In this document: in pieces, positions 57,383 through 64,000 of the stretch
Layout: every line of letters begins with the position of its first letter
How positions within the stretch are numbered: position 1 is the first letter of the stretch
IMG/VR virus record: IMGVR_UViG_3300030107_003448
Location: 36,679 to 100,678 of that record
DNA length: 64,000 bases
Reading direction: 5' to 3' (one strand)
Origin: a virus
Made by a program: the position numbers and the translations under genes
Notes under the pieces: model-generated
The model's database searches: none
What the model was told of the DNA's origin: nothing
The model's input: the letters and a program-made list of their open reading frames with translations, nothing else

Positions 57383-57883
57383 TCACTCACACTCCTCTAA
57401 TGCTATGCGTAACATCGCAAGCGAAGAACGTCCGTCTAAGAATTGTTGCACTGCTTCTCGTAAACCTGCATGCTGTCTGTCTATTTCTTTACGTAGCATT
57501 ACAATTAATTCATCAACAGTGTGTTTAGGTTTTCGTTTTTGTTGTTCACCTTTGTAATAATTATGTGTATATGGTTCCTTGGGCCGTTCTCTAAATCTAG
57601 TTGCATCAAGTATAGGATTATTATATCCACTACTTTGTAGGTCTTCCCATGTTGTTTCATTCGCAAAATCTATTGCATGGTATTGATGCGACCCTATCTT
57701 TCTTATGTGCCCGTCCCTTGTTAGTTCTTCTAAATAGTTCTGACAAGTGGCACCAGTTATACCATACTCTTTTTGCCCCCATACATAAATTTCTTTTTCA
57801 GTCATTCCTTTCCAGCCCTTTAATCGCATATGCTCTACAAGTGCTTTCATTCTTTCTTTCTTTGTTGTTCCTTTCTTCATCAT
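57383..57883 (-). CDS. Winged-helix DNA-binding protein
   Basis: MTEKEIY…YGITGATCQNYLEELTRDGHIRK. Confidence 0.55.
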   Translation of the reverse strand: MMKKGTTKKERMKALVEHMRLKGWKGMTEKEIYVWGQKEYGITGATCQNYLEELTRDGHIRKIGSHQYHAIDFANETTWEDLQSSGYNNPILDATRFRERPKEPYTHNYYKGEQQKRKPKHTVDELIVMLRKEIDRQHAGLREAVQQFLDGRSSLAMLRIALEECE

Positions 57884-58026
57884 TGTTCACCCTTTTTCTT
57901 TCTCATCTCCGCTTTCTTTTTTAAATAACATTTACCACAAGTATTCTTTTTATCTTTTTTAGTATACCAATAAGTGCTTGTGTTTCTTCTATTAATATAT
58001 TCGCCGCATACCTCACATTTACTCAT
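57880..58026 (-). CDS. 48-aa zinc-finger microprotein (not in ORF track)
   Basis: MSKCEVCG…TCGKCYLKKK…GEQ*. Confidence 0.6.
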   Translation of the reverse strand: MSKCEVCGEYINRRNTSTYWYTKKDKKNTCGKCYLKKKAEMRKKKGEQ

Positions 58027-58027
58027 A

Positions 58028-60343
58028 CTATCGCCCAAGGAAACTTTCGTTCTCTTGTATCTTTTTAAGTAATGCGGACACTATACCCGCACGTTGTTCT
58101 TGTTCTCCTCCGTCTAACACAGCCTTAACTACTGTTCTCTTTTCTTCTATGATTCTATCGAAGTGCTCATCTATCGTGCCTGCGCAGGATAAATATATAG
58201 CATGGACTTTATCACTTTCTTGTCCTATACGTAACACTCTATCTTCTGCCTGTTCTTCCCAAGCAGGAGTCCACTCACGCTCTATGAATACTACTGTGTC
58301 GGCTGCTGTTAATGTGATACCTTCCTTGGCCGCTACTGTGGAGCACACTAGAACATCTAAGTCTCCTCTCTGAAATTCCTCTACAATTTCAGCACGCCTA
58401 ATAGAGGGAGTCTCTCCTGTTATTTTCTCATAAACAAATGGTTCTTTCTCTTGTTCCATGAGTTCACATAACTGGGTAATCACTTCCCTATGATGAGCAT
58501 ACACTACCAATGGTTTGTCTGTTTGGTATCTATACTCACGCATCCATTCTATAGTCGGGCCTACTTTTAATTGACCACAAGTATGTCTTAGGTCTGTAAG
58601 CATATTCAATACGAAACCTTTAGGCATACCTCCTCCTGTTTGATAACTCTCATATTTTCTTATCCAATCTAAACGTGCTTGTCTATATTGTTTCCTTGCT
58701 TTAGCATCCATAATCACAGGCACAAAGGAACGAGTCTTAGGAGGTAACTCGGAGAGCACTTCACTCTTTAATCTACGAATACAAAAGTCTCTAATCCTTT
58801 CATTTAATTCTGTGACATTAGAAGACCCAGAATAATTCCAGCCCCAACCATTATGATATGGGTTACAATATCTTTGTGCAAATTGAAACCAATTGTTGAA
58901 ATTAGATGGGCGCAATAAATTGAGTGTAGTATAAAATTCAATAGGTCTGTTAGTAATAGCAGTGCCAGATAAACATAGAACTGCTTCGCATGTATTGGCT
59001 ACATATAATGTGGCTTCTGTTCTTTGTGTATTAGCATCTTTAAGATAATGTGATTCATCTATGATACACGTCTTGACTCCTGCTATGACTAAGTTCTCAC
59101 ATTGTTTATTCATTAACGAATAACTAATCACAACAAAGTCTGTAGGCTCTATGTCTTGTTTACCATTATCTATTACAGAACAAGTAGCATTAGGAATCCA
59201 TTCTTGTATTTCTTTTAGCCAATTGTATTTGACATTAGCAGGGCATACTACAACTACAGGCCATTGCTCTGGGTGTAAAGATGCATAGGCTAATGATTGT
59301 ATTGTTTTACCTATACCCATATCATCACCAATTAAACATCTACCCTTTGAATACTCAGCAAAGGCGAGCCCTGCATACTGGAATGGGTAGAGTTCTTTAC
59401 CTGCTGGTAATACTTTCGATAGCCTCTCTTTATATGAGTTCAACAAATCAATGTCTTCTAGTTCTGGTGCTTGGCTTAACTCTACTCTCTTAATAGCCTC
59501 TCCTAGATATTCATCTACTTCTGGAATAGATGCTATAGCATTCGCTAAAGGAGGGTAGAGTTCATCTAACTCTTTGTATAATGTGTGGCCGTGTGATAAT
59601 GGTATCGACCAATGCAACTTAGTTCCATCAAATTTGAAACTAGGTATACTCTTTACTGCTAACCTAACCTTGTCTCTTAACTCTGCGTTAGGTATAAACG
59701 GCCAACGTAATATTAGTTTGTCTTTATTTAATTGAGCATACTTATGTATCTGTTTACTTTGATAACAATAAAACTCATGCTCTTTTGATTCTGAAGTGGA
59801 GGAGGGGGGAGGTGGCTTAGAGTCACCGATAAGGGAGGTTGTTTGGCTTCCATACCCCTCCTCCGTTAGAAGCCATGTTGAGAAATCATATCCATGCTTC
59901 TTGAGTATATTTACTGCTGTTCTTATTATGTGTTCGTCATCCATAATAGACCAGACTTTATCGTTTTGTTCCCACCTACTTTGTGGGAAAGGTAATGTAT
60001 TCTTTAATTCGTTTTTCGCCTCTTGATTATAAGGCATGTGTAATGCTATCCTAGGACCATACTTATCTTTGAATCTCATGATACTAATCTTAGGTGCGTC
60101 AGCCACAGGCTGTCTGCTAAAATGGTCTAGTGCTTCTGCATCAAACTTAATACCTAACTCACTAGCGAGTATAGGTAATTGTTTGTCGCTATATCTTTTT
60201 AATCTCTTAGCCACAAAGATTGATTGTTGGGTAGTTAGATGTGATAGGTGTGACAACTTATTGAAGGCATCGTAATCTGATTTACTATTACAGCCACGCT
60301 CGGCCATGCCTTTCACCAGTAGGTGTATCACTTGGTTGTCCAT
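58028..60343 (-). CDS. SNF2-family helicase, SMARCAL1/HARP-like
   Basis: LYPFQ, DDMGIGKT, IDESH, SGTAITNRP, EGITLTAA and QAEDRVLRIGQ, plus two N-terminal HARP-like segments. Confidence 0.85.
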   Translation of the reverse strand: MDNQVIHLLVKGMAERGCNSKSDYDAFNKLSHLSHLTTQQSIFVAKRLKRYSDKQLPILASELGIKFDAEALDHFSRQPVADAPKISIMRFKDKYGPRIALHMPYNQEAKNELKNTLPFPQSRWEQNDKVWSIMDDEHIIRTAVNILKKHGYDFSTWLLTEEGYGSQTTSLIGDSKPPPPSSTSESKEHEFYCYQSKQIHKYAQLNKDKLILRWPFIPNAELRDKVRLAVKSIPSFKFDGTKLHWSIPLSHGHTLYKELDELYPPLANAIASIPEVDEYLGEAIKRVELSQAPELEDIDLLNSYKERLSKVLPAGKELYPFQYAGLAFAEYSKGRCLIGDDMGIGKTIQSLAYASLHPEQWPVVVVCPANVKYNWLKEIQEWIPNATCSVIDNGKQDIEPTDFVVISYSLMNKQCENLVIAGVKTCIIDESHYLKDANTQRTEATLYVANTCEAVLCLSGTAITNRPIEFYTTLNLLRPSNFNNWFQFAQRYCNPYHNGWGWNYSGSSNVTELNERIRDFCIRRLKSEVLSELPPKTRSFVPVIMDAKARKQYRQARLDWIRKYESYQTGGGMPKGFVLNMLTDLRHTCGQLKVGPTIEWMREYRYQTDKPLVVYAHHREVITQLCELMEQEKEPFVYEKITGETPSIRRAEIVEEFQRGDLDVLVCSTVAAKEGITLTAADTVVFIEREWTPAWEEQAEDRVLRIGQESDKVHAIYLSCAGTIDEHFDRIIEEKRTVVKAVLDGGEQEQRAGIVSALLKKIQENESFLGR

Positions 60344-60352
60344 CTACTCACC

Positions 60353-60601
60353 TTATTGGTTCTTTAGTTTCCATTCAGCAGGGTAACTATATTTATTAAC
60401 ACGCTCAAATTCACTGTTTACATTTAGAACACACGCTAGTTTTTGTATGCTCGGTGTATGTTTAACTCTAACTATGCGCCCGCAAGTTTCATATTCTCTA
60501 TTCGCTATCGCTGATTGTATTTGTATAGTAGACAGGACTTTATCGCCTAAAGCATCCTTAATCCATTTCTTTAATCTAGCATGTCTTTCGGGTCTAGGCA
60601 T
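60353..60601 (-). CDS. Small wHTH-like protein
   Basis: LSTIQIQSAI…PSIQKLACVL…FERV. Confidence 0.4.
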   Translation of the reverse strand: MPRPERHARLKKWIKDALGDKVLSTIQIQSAIANREYETCGRIVRVKHTPSIQKLACVLNVNSEFERVNKYSYPAEWKLKNQ

Positions 60602-60840
60602 TATTCTTCCTCTCCCCAGAACCCAATCGGTAGTTCTCGTAACTGCATAGCATAGTATCTAGTCATAGAGTTCTCGTCTACGCAAGATAGTATTATTGAG
60701 TGATACCCATCTGCTGCGGCCTCAAGAAATAAATAGTCACGGTCTTGGCAACTATGTAATTCCTGTTTCACTCTGCCTATCATTTTTAGTTCTCTATTGT
60801 GTGCTTCAATTTGTAGTTCATTCATTTTTATCTTCTCCAT
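60601..60840 (-). CDS. Hypothetical protein, probably leaderless
   Basis: ATG lies 26 nt after the TATA of promoter copy 7, with no RBS. Confidence 0.5.
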   Translation of the reverse strand: MEKIKMNELQIEAHNRELKMIGRVKQELHSCQDRDYLFLEAAADGYHSIILSCVDENSMTRYYAMQLRELPIGFWGEEE

Positions 60841-60845
60841 ATATT

Positions 60846-60868
60846 TTATTGTTGTTGGTTCTTAAAGA
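60846..60868 (-). promoter_or_regulatory. Conserved viral promoter-like element, copy 7
   Basis: TCTTTAAGAACCAACAACAATAA. Confidence 0.75.
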
Positions 60869-60870
60869 AA

Positions 60871-61365
60871 TCAATACTCCACATTGTTGTCTCTTGTCTT
60901 AAACATAGATGAGGTATCGACACGATAAGCCCCAGTGTTTGTTTCTTCTTGGTTTAGTCTCTCTCTTGACTCTTTAAACTCTTTAACTTGTTGTTGCGCA
61001 TTAGCGTTCAACTCATCAATGGCTGTTGTATCAACCAATTCATCATAATCCCATTCAATCTCTGGTTCTTCATATACATCCTCTACAGTCATGTCTTTGA
61101 ATGGACCAGAGTCCCACCACCATGAACCACCATCGTTTTCATCTCCATTATCCTTGATTGAAATTACAGCATTACAGCGCTTGCATTGATATGATACTCT
61201 ACTCCCGCCATTAAAATCTATATCACTTTCAAGGAATTCTAAGTGGTGTCCTTTCCTTTTACATTCTCTTAGTGCTTCGACAATTACAAGTTTCTCTTGT
61301 AGTAGTCTGCCTTCTTCTGTTACCCTTTTCATTTCTTCTTCTATCTGTTTTCTATTCATAGTCAT
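60871..61365 (-). CDS. Zinc-finger-like acidic protein
   Basis: CKRKGH…CKRC. Confidence 0.5.
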   Translation of the reverse strand: MTMNRKQIEEEMKRVTEEGRLLQEKLVIVEALRECKRKGHHLEFLESDIDFNGGSRVSYQCKRCNAVISIKDNGDENDGGSWWWDSGPFKDMTVEDVYEEPEIEWDYDELVDTTAIDELNANAQQQVKEFKESRERLNQEETNTGAYRVDTSSMFKTRDNNVEY

Positions 61366-61456
61366 GCCTCCTCATATGTCCAGAGTTCCCACATGGGTAA
61401 CCCTGTTTGTTCATCTATTGGCCCTATTGTATATGTTACGTAATCGTCTTTCATTT

Positions 61457-61681
61457 TTAGTCCTCCTTGAATATGATAACACAGGGTATAGGTAAACCTT
61501 TCTTTTTAGATGCATTAGATTGTAGTAATATACCCCTGTGTTTGTTTGTGCCATCTAATCCCTCATCTAATACGTGTAACATATCTTGCACTGTTTTACC
61601 ATCTTCGGGAAAGAACTGAACACATTGTCTACCTTTCACTTCATGTATCTTAATAGTGCCAACATCTGTGAAGTCAATCAT
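61457..61681 (-). CDS. Hypothetical protein (likely start ATG 61681)
   Basis: Starts within a GAGGTGACAGCATGA junction. Confidence 0.5.
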   Translation of the reverse strand: MIDFTDVGTIKIHEVKGRQCVQFFPEDGKTVQDMLHVLDEGLDGTNKHRGILLQSNASKKKGLPIPCVIIFKED

Positions 61682-62193
61682 GCTGTCACCTCCACACCTT
61701 TCCACCAACTAGGAGCAGGTGTTCCCTTCTCCCACTTGGCGAACTGCTTGGAATGGTAGTAGGCTCGGTATGCCTTGACCACATCATCGTCACGATACTC
61801 CTCGGGCATAGCCAGTGCGAATGGTGTGAGATATCTTGAATCTGTAAATGGAATTAACCCACATATACAGTGCATATCTATGATAGGGTCGTGACAAGCA
61901 TGACGCTTACCAAACCTCTTTGTATATTCTTCACACAAAGCAACTGCGTGTCGAACAAGCCATAGAAAATTGGAACGACTGTTACCTGCCCATACTGTGC
62001 AAGGGTGATGTTTATGACCACCCTTGTATGGTGTTCCCGCTTTAGTCAACGGCATCTGTTCATCAGTCGCACCGTGGTAACGCAAAGCACTAGCCATCAT
62101 CTGTGCTGCTTCTACACACATCTTGGGGATGTGTTTGTCACAGTGCATACGTGCTGCTGCTACTGGGTCTAAGTCTAATACGAATATGTTCAT
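61678..62193 (-). CDS. Pyrimidine-dimer DNA glycosylase (endonuclease V)-like family protein
   Basis: MNIFVLD…HCDKHIPKM…AQM, HHPCTVW and AYRAYY. Confidence 0.65.
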   Translation of the reverse strand: MNIFVLDLDPVAAARMHCDKHIPKMCVEAAQMMASALRYHGATDEQMPLTKAGTPYKGGHKHHPCTVWAGNSRSNFLWLVRHAVALCEEYTKRFGKRHACHDPIIDMHCICGLIPFTDSRYLTPFALAMPEEYRDDDVVKAYRAYYHSKQFAKWEKGTPAPSWWKGVEVTA

Positions 62194-62315
62194 TCTGTCA
62201 CCTCATCACAAGTGCATGTAGATTCTTCATAATCCCACCAAGTATTTTCACATTCATTACAACCCAGTCTGATGTAAAGTATTTCCCAACTATTTAGTTG
62301 AAGTATGTGTTTCAT
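62190..62315 (-). CDS. 41-aa Cys-rich microprotein (not in ORF track)
   Basis: MKHILQ…CNEC…CTCDEVTE*, with ATGA overlaps at both ends. Confidence 0.55.
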   Translation of the reverse strand: MKHILQLNSWEILYIRLGCNECENTWWDYEESTCTCDEVTE

Positions 62316-62587
62316 GCTGTCACCCCTTTGTCTAAACAACTACCACACATGTTTAGTCTACCTGTTTCTTCTTCTATCTCTCCACCATAATCGGGGTCGA
62401 AACTACCACCACAACCATTACATCCGTATTGGTCAAGCACTGCTGAACAGCAATTGAAATCATCTACACATTCAGCGTCTCCAATTGATGTGTCACATAC
62501 CCAACACACACCGTTGGATATTGCATCATCTAATTCTTCTTTCTTATATTCATATAAGTATGGTATTTCAAACACCTCCCATTTCAT
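62312..62587 (-). CDS. Cys-rich acidic zinc-finger protein
   Basis: CWVC…CC…CNGC…CGSC. Confidence 0.55.
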   Translation of the reverse strand: MKWEVFEIPYLYEYKKEELDDAISNGVCWVCDTSIGDAECVDDFNCCSAVLDQYGCNGCGGSFDPDYGGEIEEETGRLNMCGSCLDKGVTA

Positions 62588-62780
62588 TTACAATCATATC
62601 TTGTTTGTTCACAAACTCATGGTAAGTCATGTGTCCTGCTATGAATCCACCTGCACCACGCTTGGTGCCAATGAACTCCTCTCCACAAGCAGGGCAATAC
62701 ACACGCACAATCTCTGCTTCAATACAAACTCCTTCTGCTGTCTCTATTGTTTTAATCGTTCCTATATCTTCTTCATTCAT
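62568..62780 (-). CDS. C2H2-like zinc-finger microprotein
   Basis: CPACG…HMTYH. Confidence 0.55.
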   Translation of the reverse strand: MNEEDIGTIKTIETAEGVCIEAEIVRVYCPACGEEFIGTKRGAGGFIAGHMTYHEFVNKQDMIVNEMGGV

Positions 62781-62936
62781 CTTCCATCTCTCCTAGTATT
62801 TCATTTTCAATATCACTCATTTGATTTAATATTTCTTGAAACAGAAAAGCGTGTGTATCTTGGCCCCAAGATATAAATTTGCGCCTCCGTTTATGCAAGT
62901 AGGAATGTAATGCATCCCAACATTCTTCATAAGGTG

Positions 62937-63242
62937 TCATTTTGTTTCACACTCCACACACAATCTATTTTTCTCCCAGTCTTTACTCATGACTGCTCCG
63001 TCTCCATCAACATCATTACCACATTCATCACAGTAAGCGGCTTCATACACTTCTTCTCTTGTGCAGTTAGTCCTCTTACATACGTGACATAACCATGCTT
63101 CATCTTGCATACCCTCATTGACCAAAGTAAACATAGTAAAGTCACTACGCTTTTGGTCTACTGGTATTGATTCTAAGTTATCACATCCGTTAGTGTTATC
63201 ACACAGCACACATAAAAATGGGTCAATCATATCTTCACTCAT
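62937..63242 (-). CDS. Multi-CxxC zinc-finger protein
   Basis: Four CxxC pairs. Confidence 0.55.
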   Translation of the reverse strand: MSEDMIDPFLCVLCDNTNGCDNLESIPVDQKRSDFTMFTLVNEGMQDEAWLCHVCKRTNCTREEVYEAAYCDECGNDVDGDGAVMSKDWEKNRLCVECETK

Positions 63243-63361
63243 TCTTCCTCGTCTCCTTTGTTTCTTTTACCTCCGCAATCTTTACTGTAACAGAATCTAA
63301 ACCCTGCTCTAGTTATGTTTGCGCATCCTCTCTTGTTACATATATTAACTGTAAATCTCAT

Positions 63362-63607
63362 TTACTCATCTCCTAATACCTTTTTCTTTGTCATCTTTCT
63401 GTCACCTAGTGTCCAGCGTAATGCATTGATTACTCCTTCCAATCCTTTGAATGCCCTTGCATGAGCCATTCTTTCTTTCTTCTTAAGAGAACTATCTCCT
63501 GTCTTGATAGAGTGAAAGTGTTGCTTACGCTCTGCGTGGTCTAGCATTTCTTCTATTTCTTCCCATGTTCTATTGTATGTATATTCTTCAGCCATTTTAA
63601 TCACCAA
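63362..63607 (-). CDS. Hypothetical helical protein
   Basis: ORF track. Confidence 0.5.
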   Translation of the reverse strand: MVIKMAEEYTYNRTWEEIEEMLDHAERKQHFHSIKTGDSSLKKKERMAHARAFKGLEGVINALRWTLGDRKMTKKKVLGDE

Positions 63608-63959
63608 CTGTTCTGTGTATCATAGTCCATTCTACTTCACATCCCTCGTCACATAATCCACTCTCAACATTCTCATCGCAAGTGGGACATCGCTCAACCA
63701 TGCTCTCGCAATACAAGTCTAAACATGAATGTTCTACATCATTAAAACCACAACGGTTTATAGCATCTTTTAATTTCTTATTTTCTTCTTGTAACCGCTT
63801 GACTTCTGCTAGGAGAAGTGGTGCGTTTCTTGCTAAGTCTTGGTTCGCCTCTGCTACAAGATATAAATCAGGGTCACACGCTTGCATCTGTGCTAAATCA
63901 TACACCTCTACATTCAAACCAAGCATCTGCTTGTCTTTACACCAAGTAGTGAAAACCAT
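63597..63959 (-). CDS. Hypothetical protein with coiled coil and CxxC (may extend beyond the window)
   Basis: NAPLLLAEVKRLQEEN and CPTC. Confidence 0.45.
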   Translation of the reverse strand: MVFTTWCKDKQMLGLNVEVYDLAQMQACDPDLYLVAEANQDLARNAPLLLAEVKRLQEENKKLKDAINRCGFNDVEHSCLDLYCESMVERCPTCDENVESGLCDEGCEVEWTMIHRTVGD

Positions 63960-64000
63960 ACGCCATTCATCAGCAGGTGTATGTCCTTTGTATTTATCTG

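Noticed and set aside
59797-59815. G-rich tract inside the SNF2 gene
   Set aside because: It is explained by a PPPPSS linker between the HARP-like domains.
60353-60372. Possible eighth promoter copy (CTAAAGAACCAATAA, encoding LKNQ*)
   Set aside because: It lacks TTTAAG and the CAACAA block and sits too close to the RBS, so it is at most a decayed copy.
33645-60868. The 23-bp repeats as a CRISPR or mini-CRISPR array, given the Cas4-like gene
   Set aside because: Copies are kilobases apart with no spacer periodicity, and stand-alone Cas4-like nucleases are common in archaeal viruses.
1-64000. tRNA genes, integrase, inteins, diversity-generating retroelement, capsid/terminase
   Set aside because: I recognised no cloverleaf, recombinase, intein or reverse transcriptase motifs. 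Head genes presumably lie upstream of the window. tRNAscan-SE was not run.

Overview
This window is part of the genome of a tailed dsDNA archaeal virus. Gene content best fits a magrovirus-like virus of Marine Group II/Poseidoniales, which is an inference from gene content. Bases 1-29153 (+ strand) form a siphovirus-like neck/tail module: adaptor, tail tube, a frameshifted tail chaperone pair, a short repeat-built tape measure protein, Dit, a 5700-aa LamG-tipped giant protein, and hub/fibre proteins. Bases 29142-64000 (- strand) carry TFB, a thermosome, an archaeal-type replisome and repair set (MCM-like helicase, XPF, PriS-PriL fusion, Cas4-like nuclease, PolB, probable clamp, probable SSB, RFC, SMARCAL1-like helicase) and many small early genes. 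The main candidate for an undescribed system is a virus-specific transcription module. It has seven near-identical 23-bp TATA-containing elements (CCTTTAAGAACCRACAACAATAA) heading only the leftward operons, a full viral TFB, and a coupled trio of apparently inactivated proteins (single-cyclin mini-TFB, DNA ligase lacking its catalytic lysines, LAGLIDADG fold lacking its active site). That trio ends on one of the elements, next to a G7AG7/polyproline leader. Other signals are PIP-box microproteins, apparent GATC/AGCT/CCWGG avoidance, a repeated gene-junction sequence, and modules shared between virion proteins. All calls come from reading motifs by eye; no searches were run.
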